Of a stretch of 64,000 bases of DNA, positions 8,972-19,574 are shown in pieces (the stretch's first letter is position 1; each line of letters opens with the position of its first letter). Below the pieces are notes generated by a model that saw only the letters and a list, made by a program, of their open reading frames with translations, searched no databases and was not told where the DNA came from. The stretch is from a virus, in the IMG/VR virus record IMGVR_UViG_3300027797_000013, positions 32,001 through 96,000 of that record; one strand, 5' to 3'. A program made the translations under genes and the position numbers.

Positions 8972-11170
8972 ATGAATTATATAAACTTTCTTTTTTTAAT
9001 CGTCTTTAGCTTACTAATTGCAGCTAGTAATACTCTAGCTGCGACATGGTATATTGATATGCAGAACGGTTCCGACGCTAATTCCGGCACTACTGCTAAC
9101 ACACCTTGGAAGCATAGTCCGGGACAGACTACATCACCAGCTAGGACTATTGCTTCAGGTGACTTCATACTCTTTAAAAGAGGAGTAATACACTATATAG
9201 ATTCTGAGATATCTGTTATATCTGGAGTAACTTACGGAGCATATGGTACAGGTGATGCACCTATAATAGATGGTGGTAATACTATACTTGCCGGATTTAG
9301 AGAAGCAGCTAAGACAACTAATGTAACAATACAGAACCTAACTGTTTGTAATATAGGTGGTTGGTCTGAAACCGACCCTATTTTAAACGGTATACAAGTA
9401 TCATCCATTAATCTAACTACTGATGTAGTCACTACTAGTACCGTGCATGGACTAACAGTAGGTACAAATATAGGAGTTACATATGATGGATGGTCTGCTA
9501 ACTTTATAACTGGTGCTAGAACTTCAAGTAGTAATTACTATGTGATAGAGGTTAGTAGCTCTACTAGTGTTAAAGTATCTTCTACACTAGGTGGAGCTAG
9601 TCTAGATTTTACAACAACATTACCTGGAACTTTTAAATTGTTCCGACCTGTTACGTCACCTCCAAGCGGTACAGCTATATCTTTTGGTTCAGGTGGAGAT
9701 AATGTTTTACTTGAAAATCTTAATATTTATGAGATAGGACAATGGATCCCTCTAGCACCAGCATCAGGTGATCAATCTATTAGCGGTACCGGTATATTTT
9801 TGCAAAATAATAATGGAGTTACTATTCGTAACTGCAGTATGGACAAACTTAGAACAGGTATTGCTATAAAATCTAATCTATCTGGACCTATAGAAAATAT
9901 ATTAGTCGAAAATAGCTCTATAAGTCATGTTGTTTGGGGTATAGATGTGGCTCCGAGAGCTGCAAATTCAGTTTTAAGTAATATAACTATTAAAGGGACA
10001 TCAATAAGCGGAACTGCTGTATATGATTCGGGTAACTGGCAAGGCTTTGGTGAGAAACCACACACTGACGGTATGTTTCTTAGAGCTTCAGGTATGACAT
10101 CAACATGGACAAATATATTAATTGACGGTTGCCGCTTTTATGATGATCTAACGGCTAACTCTGCTGGCGGTACAGCCAATATCTATATCAGTCAGGGAGC
10201 AAGTGCTAAGGTAGTTAATTGTGTCTTCGTTAAGTCACCACAGTCAAATGCTGCCCTACAATCAAGTTATGCTAAGTTAGCTGGCATGACTCAAGTACTA
10301 GAGTTTTATAATAATACCTTTATATCATCTGCTAAATGTCTTGTTGTATCGACTGGTAGTAATCCTGATGTATTAAAAGTAAAAAATAATATATTCTGGA
10401 GATCAACAACCTCAAATAACGCTAATGTCGTTGTAGTAGATCCAGCGGCATTTACGTCACCTAGAATAATAGAGATGGATTATAATATATACTGGAACGA
10501 TAATGCGGCACCTATCAATACAAACATATTTAACCTTAATAATAGCTCTAGTTATAGAACTTGGGCTCAATGGAGAACAGCCTTTACAAACATTGATGCT
10601 AATAGCGTAGTCGCTAATCCACTCTTTACAAGTATAACAGGTGATCCTTCAACATGGAACGTAGCTCCAACTACCGGTTCACCAGCTATAAGAACAGGTA
10701 TTAATCTTACAAGCTCTCTAACAACAGATTATACCAGAGCTACTCGACCTTCAACCGGAGCATGGGATATAGGAGCATTTATTACAGGTGCAGCTCCAAC
10801 AGTAGATACTACACCACCAACAGCTACCTCTACATCAATTAACAGTACAGGTCTAATACTAACAGTCAACTTTTCGGAGTCAGTACAAAACGTATTTGCT
10901 GAAAACTATACTATGTCTGGTCAAATTATCGAGACACCAACTATTACTGGTACCGCTGTAACTTTTCCTATATCACCAGGTGTCAAATCTGGAGAAGTAA
11001 AAACATTATCTTATACATCTGGCTCAGGTCGTACAAGAGATGCAGCTAATAACCTGTTGCAGAGTTTTAGTAATTTATCTATAACCAACAACTCTTCTGT
11101 AGTACCTGCTAATAGTACGAGACCGAGCGGGCGTCGCCATGCTGTGAGAGGCTCAGGAGTGAGAAGATAA
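8972..11170 (+). CDS. secreted right-handed beta-helix protein with C-terminal Ig-like module
   Basis: Signal peptide, GSDANSGT…PWK, WDIGAF, DTTPP…DAANN module, Arg-rich tail. Confidence 0.7.
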   Translation: MNYINFLFLIVFSLLIAASNTLAATWYIDMQNGSDANSGTTANTPWKHSPGQTTSPARTIASGDFILFKRGVIHYIDSEISVISGVTYGAYGTGDAPIIDGGNTILAGFREAAKTTNVTIQNLTVCNIGGWSETDPILNGIQVSSINLTTDVVTTSTVHGLTVGTNIGVTYDGWSANFITGARTSSSNYYVIEVSSSTSVKVSSTLGGASLDFTTTLPGTFKLFRPVTSPPSGTAISFGSGGDNVLLENLNIYEIGQWIPLAPASGDQSISGTGIFLQNNNGVTIRNCSMDKLRTGIAIKSNLSGPIENILVENSSISHVVWGIDVAPRAANSVLSNITIKGTSISGTAVYDSGNWQGFGEKPHTDGMFLRASGMTSTWTNILIDGCRFYDDLTANSAGGTANIYISQGASAKVVNCVFVKSPQSNAALQSSYAKLAGMTQVLEFYNNTFISSAKCLVVSTGSNPDVLKVKNNIFWRSTTSNNANVVVVDPAAFTSPRIIEMDYNIYWNDNAAPINTNIFNLNNSSSYRTWAQWRTAFTNIDANSVVANPLFTSITGDPSTWNVAPTTGSPAIRTGINLTSSLTTDYTRATRPSTGAWDIGAFITGAAPTVDTTPPTATSTSINSTGLILTVNFSESVQNVFAENYTMSGQIIETPTITGTAVTFPISPGVKSGEVKTLSYTSGSGRTRDAANNLLQSFSNLSITNNSSVVPANSTRPSGRRHAVRGSGVRR

Positions 11171-11209
11171 TATAAGCAATTACTAACATATACCACCTAC
11201 CCCTATACC

Positions 11210-14200
11210 ATGAAATATTTAAAATTATTATTTATTTTACTTTTAGTAAATGCTGCTCAAGCTGCCACCTATTATGTTCGTAAGGATGGAAGTAATACTA
11301 ATACCGGCGCTGCAAATACAAGTGCTGGTGCCTGGCTTACTTTAGCTAAAGCAACGTCTATAGCAGTAGCAGGTGATACGGTTAATATAGGTGCTGGAGA
11401 CTGGGATGAAGCGCTTACAGTTACAGCTATTGGAACAGCTACAAACCCTATTACTTTTCAAGGCACCGGCGACACTACCGTCATAGGTGTCACAACTGTT
11501 AAAGGTAGATATATACATCTAAAGAATTATAAAGCAGGTCCAACCACATCTCTTGTCGGTAGCTTTTCTATTGGCGACTCAACTAATGTAAATAAAACAG
11601 CACCTCCGTACGGAGGTGATTACTGTCTAGCAGAGAATATAACACACACAAGAATCAGTGGGCAGCAGTTAGGCGTCGGGGATAATGGATTCTTTAAAGG
11701 TCCGATCGGAGTTACTATTAAAAATAGTAGATTTACTAACCCACTTGCCGGAAACTTTGCAATAAATTTTAAGGCTGTTGATAGTTTTATTGTTGACTGC
11801 TACTTCACTAGTAATACAGGAGCGGACGCTATAACATTATTTGGTTATAGAAATACTATACGTAATTGTAAATTTGAAAACTGGTCAAGACCATTAGGTT
11901 CTTCTTTGCATTGTGATTTATTTCAAGCTTTTACAAATAATTTTGAAGAGTCGATGGATCATATAATTGAAAATAATTTTATGTTTAACTGCACCCCAGG
12001 GTGTCAGTTAGGAATTGTTTCTGATATAAAGTTAACCGGTAAAGCTGGTGGATGGGTGTTCAGAAACAATGTAATAGTCAATCAAGCAGCTCCGTTCTAT
12101 ATAATGACACCTAATTGCAAATTTTATAACAATACCCTTGTAAGAAGTCCAACAGAGCAAGGCCAGCAATTCTTACTGTATTATACAGCAGATAGAGGTA
12201 TAGCTAACAATACATCGTTTTATAATAATATATTTTATAAGGGCGGGTCAAATCCAGCCGCGCGCGGCGGCGGATTTTACGACAAGACAGTAGCAGGTGC
12301 ACTATCTTCGTCTTATAAGAATCAAATAATTAACCTACTTTCCGATTATAATTTGTTCTATGGTGCAGCCGGCGCAGCAAAGGTAAGTACAGTTCTTAGC
12401 GAGAATAACGGTAATATTAATTCTGTCAATCCAGGTAACCCATTATTTGTAAATGAATTTGGTATTAATAAGGAAGATTATAGGATTCTAGCTGGTTCAG
12501 CGGCTATAGGTAGGGGAGTTGCTTTAAATAATCTTTTCAGCACCGATTCAGCAGGTACAGCAAGAGGTTTAACTTGGGATATAGGTGCTTTTGAGTATAG
12601 TCAAACCACTACATCTATAACTCAATTTGGAATAACCTGGAACTTTAGTGAAGCTAGAGAGTTCGGACAATTTGCAAACGGAGATTATTGGGTACAAGGG
12701 CCAGTAACCATAACATCAATGACACCAGATTGGGATGATACAACAGGTCGTAATGGGTGGATGGTAAATCCTGCAGCACCAACACCTATAAATGGGTATT
12801 CAGTAGGAACACCTAACTATAGTGCAGCTGCTCGACCTGCGTTACCATTGACTCTAACATCAGGTTCTGTAATTAAAACTATAGGTAAAGCTAATGTCTT
12901 ATTAAGCTCTATAAAGACTGCTGCAGTGCTAACTGTGTTAGAAAATATACCTGAGGGTAGAGGCGCTGGTTACTTTAGACCTCCATATAACGGCACAGCT
13001 AAGCCTCTTAACTTAGTAAGCAGCCTGCGATCAGATCTACTACCAGGTTATGTAGTGCCAGCTGGTGCACCAACTCTAGAAACCATAAGATTAAATTTTT
13101 CTAATTGCTTACGGTTAGAACACTTAGTGAGAAGCAGAAGCATCAGACCAACCGATGCCTTCGAAGGTAATGCAGACGGATATCAACCACAAAATACTCC
13201 ATGGATGAATGAAGCTATGCTAAGATTAATGGGTAATGAATCATTTCAGACTAAATTACCGGCTCTTATAATGTTTACTCAGGCTGCTCTTGATAAAGCA
13301 TATGCTGTGCAGCAAGGATTTAGATCTTCATCCGGCGACGGTCATGACCCTAATCATAGAATTATGGCTGCTTGGGGCGCTACAATGCTCAATCTTACAG
13401 ATATATTAACTTTAATGAGTACTGCTACAGGCTTTCATGAAGATACATATCTCTATGAAGGTAACAATAGTGTTGTACTCTGGGGTGAACCGCCAGCTAG
13501 AGGTGAACTGTCCTATTGGGATTATATAATGGGTAATGGTGGTGGTAGATCAACTAAAGACCCTTATTTCTTTGTTGATGGAGGCAATGCTGTAACAGGA
13601 GGTACAGCTGAATATCAACTTATCGTATCTCAGTCCCTTAAGGGTTCAGCTATCGTTGGTAGATTATTTCCTACTCTGCAGAACTGTTTTCCAGCTGCAA
13701 GATGGTCTATTTTAAATAGATACGCGGAACGATGGGTAACGGTAGGTTCCTGGCTATCACCAGATCCTGTTGCTCCTTATGATAATATAAATACTAACTA
13801 CGGTATAACGTTTGGCCCTAACCTAGCAGGAAATAGAATACCTACAGCATATATAGCTGGTGCAGGTAGAGGTATAACTAGGCACGGTAGCTCTAAAGAT
13901 CTTGGTCAATATAAATCAACGTTCGTAGCTAATATGTGGAATGCATATTCTGGCTCTGTAACACCTCCTGTAGTAGCTGATACAACTCCTCCAACTCTTA
14001 GTACTTCTATTATCAACAACGGAGGTAATAAAATTACCCTAACCTTTTCTGAGAACGTAACTAGTGTTAACGTAAGTCATTATACTTTATCAAATGGTCA
14101 TACCTTATCATCTCCTGTAGTTACAGGTAGAGTTGTTGATATGACTATTAGTCCAGTTGTTAATATTAAAGAAGTATGTACTCTAAGCTATGCCACCGGT

Positions 14201-14362
14201 ACTGGTAGAACAGCTGATACAGCTGGTAATTTACTGCTATCAATTACTAGTGCTGCAGTAACAAATGACTCGTTGGCTACTGTAACAGTTGAAACTAACA
14301 AGCCTAAGCGCAGAGGTAACGGGGGCAAGGCCTCTGCTATTACCGGTCCTATAATAAGATAG
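11210..14362 (+). CDS. secreted beta-helix protein with extra central domain and Ig-like module
   Basis: Signal peptide ending AQA; paralogue of 7250; WDIGAFE; central ITQFGITW…GDYWV domain; DTTPP…DTAGN module; basic tail. Confidence 0.7.
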   Translation: MKYLKLLFILLLVNAAQAATYYVRKDGSNTNTGAANTSAGAWLTLAKATSIAVAGDTVNIGAGDWDEALTVTAIGTATNPITFQGTGDTTVIGVTTVKGRYIHLKNYKAGPTTSLVGSFSIGDSTNVNKTAPPYGGDYCLAENITHTRISGQQLGVGDNGFFKGPIGVTIKNSRFTNPLAGNFAINFKAVDSFIVDCYFTSNTGADAITLFGYRNTIRNCKFENWSRPLGSSLHCDLFQAFTNNFEESMDHIIENNFMFNCTPGCQLGIVSDIKLTGKAGGWVFRNNVIVNQAAPFYIMTPNCKFYNNTLVRSPTEQGQQFLLYYTADRGIANNTSFYNNIFYKGGSNPAARGGGFYDKTVAGALSSSYKNQIINLLSDYNLFYGAAGAAKVSTVLSENNGNINSVNPGNPLFVNEFGINKEDYRILAGSAAIGRGVALNNLFSTDSAGTARGLTWDIGAFEYSQTTTSITQFGITWNFSEAREFGQFANGDYWVQGPVTITSMTPDWDDTTGRNGWMVNPAAPTPINGYSVGTPNYSAAARPALPLTLTSGSVIKTIGKANVLLSSIKTAAVLTVLENIPEGRGAGYFRPPYNGTAKPLNLVSSLRSDLLPGYVVPAGAPTLETIRLNFSNCLRLEHLVRSRSIRPTDAFEGNADGYQPQNTPWMNEAMLRLMGNESFQTKLPALIMFTQAALDKAYAVQQGFRSSSGDGHDPNHRIMAAWGATMLNLTDILTLMSTATGFHEDTYLYEGNNSVVLWGEPPARGELSYWDYIMGNGGGRSTKDPYFFVDGGNAVTGGTAEYQLIVSQSLKGSAIVGRLFPTLQNCFPAARWSILNRYAERWVTVGSWLSPDPVAPYDNINTNYGITFGPNLAGNRIPTAYIAGAGRGITRHGSSKDLGQYKSTFVANMWNAYSGSVTPPVVADTTPPTLSTSIINNGGNKITLTFSENVTSVNVSHYTLSNGHTLSSPVVTGRVVDMTISPVVNIKEVCTLSYATGTGRTADTAGNLLLSITSAAVTNDSLATVTVETNKPKRRGNGGKASAITGPIIR

Positions 14363-15007
14363 TTATAATATCTCATCTACTAGACCATACTCAAGGCATG
14401 TATTGGCATCAAACCAGATATCGTGCTTTAGAATCTCATCTAGTTTCTTCATAGGTACCTTAGTATATTGCTTATAGATACCTTTGAGGCTTTGCATTAA
14501 GCGCTTGTTGTTCTCCATCTCATCTTCAAGCTCAGAGAATGTACCATAAGCACCAGAGCTTAATTGATGAATTAACATCATTGAGTTTCTACCTATGAAG
14601 CGCTTCTTACCTACAATAGATATAATAGTAGCTGCAGATGCAGCTGCACCATCAATATAGGTATGAACATCGCTCTTCAAGTTACGAATAGCATCTACTA
14701 CTGCCATACCTGCGAAGAGCGATCCACCAAAAGAATTAATGTGTAACTTGATAATCGGAGTATAATCTTCAAAGGTTGTAGTTATCGTTCGCAGCCTATA
14801 ATCTAAATCGTGAAGCACGTGATTAAGCTCTAAAGCAGATTGCTCTGAGATATCAGCATAAAAGAAGACGCGATTCTCTGACACTCTAATATTATTACCA
14901 CTAGCTGCTGGAGAGCTAATTACGATATTTGGAGAGCTGATAATACTAGCTCCTACATCTTCGGTAGGAGCTGCTTCTTTATCATTTAGTTTATATTTCC
15001 ATTGCAT
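14363..15007 (-). CDS. clpP: ClpP-like protease
   Basis: LHINSFGG, GAAASAAT (catalytic Ser), MLIHQ (His), LEYGLVDEI. Confidence 0.85.
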   Translation of the reverse strand: MQWKYKLNDKEAAPTEDVGASIISSPNIVISSPAASGNNIRVSENRVFFYADISEQSALELNHVLHDLDYRLRTITTTFEDYTPIIKLHINSFGGSLFAGMAVVDAIRNLKSDVHTYIDGAAASAATIISIVGKKRFIGRNSMMLIHQLSSGAYGTFSELEDEMENNKRLMQSLKGIYKQYTKVPMKKLDEILKHDIWFDANTCLEYGLVDEIL

Positions 15008-15010
15008 AAA

Positions 15011-16660
15011 TTATGACTGGCAAGTTGAGCATTCGAGAATTGATCTCGCAAGCTCTTGCGCAGGGTTAGCTGACCGTTGATAGTAGAGAGACTTAATGTT
15101 CTGCTCCCATGCGAATATCATTAGCTCGTTAACGTCTTTAGCTCTTACTGATGGTGCAATCATAAGGTTTAATGATTGCCCTTGATCGATATACTTCTGA
15201 CGCTGAGCTGCTTGAATAACAATCTCTTTCTGAGATATCTCTCCGAACGTCTTGAAGACATCCTTCTCATGACTAGATAAGAAATCTAGATGCTGTACGC
15301 TACCTGCTTTAAGTAAAATACTCTTCCAGGTATCGTTATCGTCTTTACCTTTCTCTTTGAGTAAATTCTTAAGATAGTTATTCTTATAAGTAAACTTACC
15401 TTTAGCTAAGTCCTTAACAAAGTAATTACTATTAAGAGGCTCAATAGAAGGTGATACTTGACCTAAGATAAACGATGAGCTCGTAGTAGGAGCGATAGCC
15501 ATCGTAGTTACATTGCGCTTACCGTAGCCTTCAAGTAGAGGAGGCTCGCCGAACTTAGCAGCTAACTCTTGAGTAGCTTCATCGCACTGCTGACGGATAG
15601 TTTCAAAGATAGAGCTATTCTCCATCTTAGCTTCCATAGACTCGAAAGCGATATTATGCTGCTGTAAATATGAATGCCATCCTAATACACCTAGACCGAG
15701 AGCACGTTGATTAACTGCAAACTTATGAGGTGCTTCCATGTATTTAACCCCTTCAGTCTTGGATATAAACTCGGTCATGACTGCGTCAAGGAAGTATATT
15801 AAGACTTTAATTGCATCGGTGTCCCTCAATTCTCTCCACTTGTCCAGGTTAATAGACGACAAGTTACAGACGAAAGATTCATCTTCGAAAGTAGATAGAA
15901 AGATCTCTGAGCAAAGGTTACTAGCATAGATGCGCTGACCTTTATCCTTATAGACTTGAGGAGCATTCTTGTTAGCAGTATCAGAGAAGAAGATATAAGG
16001 ATAGCCTGACTCGAATCTCTTCTGAATGACCTTACCCCATAGCTTGCGCTTATCCTTATCGCCATCGATCATTGATTTCATCCAATCATCACTGATGCAC
16101 ACGCCAATAGATAGCTCTTGAATAGCATTACCTTCACTTCTGATCTTTAAGAACTCTTCAATGTCAGCATGATCGATAGGCAAGTAAGCGGCGAATGAAC
16201 CTCTACGTACATTGCCTTGTGACACATAGTTAATGAGAGAGTTAAAGACAGTTAGCTGATGATGTACGCCTGTTGATTGACCACCAGAAGAGATAGCTGA
16301 ACCTCTGCCTCTTACCGCACCGAAGTAAGCAGAGGTACCTCCACCAACCTTAGACATAGTACCAATCTCACCCATCTTATTAAGGATGTGTTCCATGTCA
16401 TCAGGTATATAACTACCGTAGCATGAGATAGGTAAACCTCTTTCAATTCCAAAATTAGACCATATGGGTGAGGATAACGAATAAAAACCTCGAGACATAT
16501 AGTCTTCAAACTTAGCTGCAAATCCTTCAATGCCAAGATTCTTCTCAGCTGCCTGAGCGATATCAATGATTCGTTGCTCTGGAGTTACTCCTTCGGTAAG
16601 ATATCCTCTGCTTAAGAACGTCCTTGAATCGTTGTTAAGCCATTCGTATTTTTTTGTCAT
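15011..16660 (-). CDS. nrdA: ribonucleotide reductase class Ia alpha subunit (short, no ATP cone)
   Basis: PISC, SNLCSE, APTTSSS, DQGQSLN, SLYY and C-terminal CSTC. Start at MTKKY preferred. Confidence 0.95.
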   Translation of the reverse strand: MTKKYEWLNNDSRTFLSRGYLTEGVTPEQRIIDIAQAAEKNLGIEGFAAKFEDYMSRGFYSLSSPIWSNFGIERGLPISCYGSYIPDDMEHILNKMGEIGTMSKVGGGTSAYFGAVRGRGSAISSGGQSTGVHHQLTVFNSLINYVSQGNVRRGSFAAYLPIDHADIEEFLKIRSEGNAIQELSIGVCISDDWMKSMIDGDKDKRKLWGKVIQKRFESGYPYIFFSDTANKNAPQVYKDKGQRIYASNLCSEIFLSTFEDESFVCNLSSINLDKWRELRDTDAIKVLIYFLDAVMTEFISKTEGVKYMEAPHKFAVNQRALGLGVLGWHSYLQQHNIAFESMEAKMENSSIFETIRQQCDEATQELAAKFGEPPLLEGYGKRNVTTMAIAPTTSSSFILGQVSPSIEPLNSNYFVKDLAKGKFTYKNNYLKNLLKEKGKDDNDTWKSILLKAGSVQHLDFLSSHEKDVFKTFGEISQKEIVIQAAQRQKYIDQGQSLNLMIAPSVRAKDVNELMIFAWEQNIKSLYYQRSANPAQELARSILECSTCQS

Positions 16661-16687
16661 ATATTGTCTAAATGTTAACGGGTACAA

Positions 16688-16728
16688 AAGTCAGTGATAT
16701 AGTCACATAATAACTATATCACTGACTT
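16688..16728 (-). terminator. 16-bp stem hairpin upstream of nrdA
   Basis: AAGTCAGTGATATAGT-N9-ACTATATCACTGACTT, ending in a T run on the minus strand. Confidence 0.55.
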
Positions 16729-16765
16729 ATTTATCGCAAAGTCTTTCGAAACCAACAAGTCTTTA

Positions 16766-17182
16766 CTAAAATTTAGCGCAATATGCTACCTTAATCGGAT
16801 CTCTAATCGGATACACACTTGATGTTGTTTCTGCGGTCGAGAGCCAACCACGATCTAATAGATATTGTAAAAATACCTTAAAGAATCGCTTATTATCATC
16901 AGACATATCAGGTAAGTCAGCTAACGATTCAGGATCATCACTTAGAACGCCAATCATCCATTTATCATTATCCCAGAACTCTTGCTGATGAACATCACCT
17001 GTCTTATCGATATACTTGATATCAATACCTTCGAAAAACGAATCATCATCCTTATAAAGCCTATTAGCCTCAAAGGACACTTCGCTATTCTCAACGATAC
17101 AAGCTTCGTACCTTACAGGGTCTAAGTCAATACTTTGAGTTTCTGGAACATACCAAACGCCATTAATTTTAATACGTGTCAT
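16766..17182 (-). CDS. hypothetical protein between nrdB and nrdA
   Basis: ORF with a degenerate AACGAACT promoter directly upstream. Confidence 0.6.
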   Translation of the reverse strand: MTRIKINGVWYVPETQSIDLDPVRYEACIVENSEVSFEANRLYKDDDSFFEGIDIKYIDKTGDVHQQEFWDNDKWMIGVLSDDPESLADLPDMSDDNKRFFKVFLQYLLDRGWLSTAETTSSVYPIRDPIKVAYCAKF

Positions 17183-17209
17183 ACGATAATAATATAATAG
17201 TTCGTTATG

Positions 17210-18196
17210 TTAAAACAAGTCATCTTCAGAAAAAGACTGACTATTTTTTGAGTACTCCACGGGTCTGCTGAAGAAGAAGTCGCTAGAAGTGTTTCCATGC
17301 AGCTCTTCTTCAAACCATAGAGCATCTTTTAGTAGTTCAGTATCTATCTCAAAGATTGTCTTAAAACCAATCTGAGTCATTGATTCATTAATACGATTCT
17401 TAATAAACTCCTTGAGAATATTAGCATTGAGACCCTTCTCTTGATACCCATTTACCATCCAATCAATAATCTTAGACTCAGCCTTGAAGGCCTCTTCAGC
17501 TTCATGAGCTATTTTAATTTCAAGATCTTCATCAAATAGCTCTGGATGTTCTTCGCGAATTGTTTTGATAATAGTCATACCAACTATGGCATGAATATTC
17601 TCTTCATTACGAGTATACTTTACTTGCTGGTCAGTGTCCTTGAGCACATTCTTATTACGTGAGAACCAATTGATAACATAGAACTGACTGAACAGAGATA
17701 CATTCTCTACAAATAGCGTAAACAATATAAGAGCATAAAGATACTGCTTCTTAGAGTCTTTATAGAATCTATGAGTATACTTACGAAGATACTTTACTCT
17801 ACCTTGGATGAAGTCTAACTTTAGATTCTCTTCAAAGACATCTTCAAGATCTAGAATCTTAAGAAGTCTTTCATATGCATTATTATGAATAACTTCAACG
17901 TTAGCCATTACAAAACCTAAATCCTGAAGTGATGGATGAGGTAAATTCTCACCAAGTTTTGACCAAAAGGTCTTAACAGCTACTTCAATCTGACTGATAG
18001 CTGATAGAGTACGTACAATAATTTCACGTTCCTGATCTGACAAGTTGACTTTAAATTGCTGTACATCGGTACCGAAGTTAAACTCTTTATCAGTCCAAAA
18101 CCCGTTATGCATAGCTTCAATAAACTTATCTACCCATGGGTATCGATTAGGCTTCCGACTAATTTGCTCTTCAAAGATGCTATATTCTCTACTCAT
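17210..18196 (-). CDS. nrdB: ribonucleotide reductase beta subunit
   Basis: EVIHNNAY, ENVSLFSQF, EENIH diiron ligands, DFF…Y tail. Confidence 0.95.
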   Translation of the reverse strand: MSREYSIFEEQISRKPNRYPWVDKFIEAMHNGFWTDKEFNFGTDVQQFKVNLSDQEREIIVRTLSAISQIEVAVKTFWSKLGENLPHPSLQDLGFVMANVEVIHNNAYERLLKILDLEDVFEENLKLDFIQGRVKYLRKYTHRFYKDSKKQYLYALILFTLFVENVSLFSQFYVINWFSRNKNVLKDTDQQVKYTRNEENIHAIVGMTIIKTIREEHPELFDEDLEIKIAHEAEEAFKAESKIIDWMVNGYQEKGLNANILKEFIKNRINESMTQIGFKTIFEIDTELLKDALWFEEELHGNTSSDFFFSRPVEYSKNSQSFSEDDLF

Positions 18197-18231
18197 ATGT
18201 ATAGTATAGTAAGGTACAGTATGATTGCTAG

Positions 18232-18462
18232 TTATAAGGACGTAACTCTTTTAATATTAAAACCAGGGACAGTATAATATTTTATATGAGTATTACCAGC
18301 TGCATCACAAATACTAACATACATATCTTCCTCTGTACAAATAGGAGGTGATACAATATTGCCGCCTACATCTATAACTTTATATAGCTGTCCGGTTTCG
18401 GCTAGGAATACTTTGACTGATGTTGAACTGCCTTGCTGTGCTATAAAACGTTTTTTATTCAT
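18232..18462 (-). CDS. hypothetical protein
   Basis: ORF track; co-oriented with neighbours. Confidence 0.5.
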   Translation of the reverse strand: MNKKRFIAQQGSSTSVKVFLAETGQLYKVIDVGGNIVSPPICTEEDMYVSICDAAGNTHIKYYTVPGFNIKRVTSL

Positions 18463-18516
18463 AATTTCTGATATTATTTATAAACCCAACCATGTCTGTA
18501 TCTAATTTATATTCAA

Positions 18517-19221
18517 TTAGATTTTACCTATATACTGTAAAAGCTTATTAACATGCTCACATCTTTCGCTGTATCTCTGATCGTAAATTAGTGCAGGGTT
18601 CTCTTTAGATAAATTAATTAACTTTCTCTCTGTAGTAGAGTCGTAAGCTGACTTTCCAACAGTGTAATGCATGTGTTCTGTAATTACATTTGGTAAATAT
18701 CTAACCCGATTGATTTTTGTAGCAACTTCAAATAGCCATGTATCGACATAATCAGCGCAGAAGTAAGGAGGTAACCAAAAACCACTAACTTCTATCCATC
18801 TTCTATGTACAAAGCTATGTGTTGCAAGACCAGCGCCCTGTATCATATCATCACCGTAAACTAGAACTATTCTATCATCTTGCTTTAGAAATTCATCTCT
18901 TATTAATGTATCCCATGATTTCGTTCTAAATCGTGCATCATCACCACATATCATTATAATATCACCAGTGCTAAGCGTATTATATGCGTAATTCCACATT
19001 TGACTTAGATTTAAATTCTCATTGCTAGATGTATATTTTATATTATAACCATACCTATCTATTAAAGATATAATACATGACTCACTATCTGAGTCATCAG
19101 GATCGATATAAAATAAGATCTCAACTAGATCGAAGTTATCACAAGTATTAAATATTGTCTCAACTAATTCACATACCTCGACGGGTCTCTTTCTAGTTGG
19201 TACTACTATCGAAAATTTCAT
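18517..19221 (-). CDS. glycosyltransferase family 2
   Basis: FSIVVPTR, YIDPDD, CGDD (DxD-like), EHMH. Confidence 0.8.
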   Translation of the reverse strand: MKFSIVVPTRKRPVEVCELVETIFNTCDNFDLVEILFYIDPDDSDSESCIISLIDRYGYNIKYTSSNENLNLSQMWNYAYNTLSTGDIIMICGDDARFRTKSWDTLIRDEFLKQDDRIVLVYGDDMIQGAGLATHSFVHRRWIEVSGFWLPPYFCADYVDTWLFEVATKINRVRYLPNVITEHMHYTVGKSAYDSTTERKLINLSKENPALIYDQRYSERCEHVNKLLQYIGKI

Positions 19222-19573
19222 AAGTTCGTATATTATTTATGAACTCAACCACATCGGCATCCGATTTATGTGTAGCAAAATTCAAAGTATTTGCTACTTT
19301 TTTAGTGGTCTCATTATTCTTAATCTTGTGAAACTGAATGAGATCTCTAATTGGTTGTGAGTCTGGTTCTGGTAAGTCTGAGCACTCTACATTTAAGATA
19401 TTGCGTACCTCTTGTACTGAATAACCACGCTCTAGATACCCTTTAGCCTTACGTATAATGAAGTACTTTTGTAGATTATCTTCATCTACATACTCTTCTA
19501 CCTTCTTATTATAGTAGTCTTCAGCAAAGGTATATGACTTACCTGTTACAATGCATTGAATCTTTTTAGCCAT
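19193..19573 (-). CDS. hypothetical protein
   Basis: Start at MAKKIQC avoids overlap with the upstream gene. Confidence 0.6.
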   Translation of the reverse strand: MAKKIQCIVTGKSYTFAEDYYNKKVEEYVDEDNLQKYFIIRKAKGYLERGYSVQEVRNILNVECSDLPEPDSQPIRDLIQFHKIKNNETTKKVANTLNFATHKSDADVVEFINNIRTYEIFDSSTN

Positions 19574-19574
19574 A

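Noticed and set aside
16766-17182. Homing endonuclease or intron between nrdB and nrdA
   Set aside because: No HNH, GIY-YIG or LAGLIDADG motif; both nrd genes are uninterrupted.
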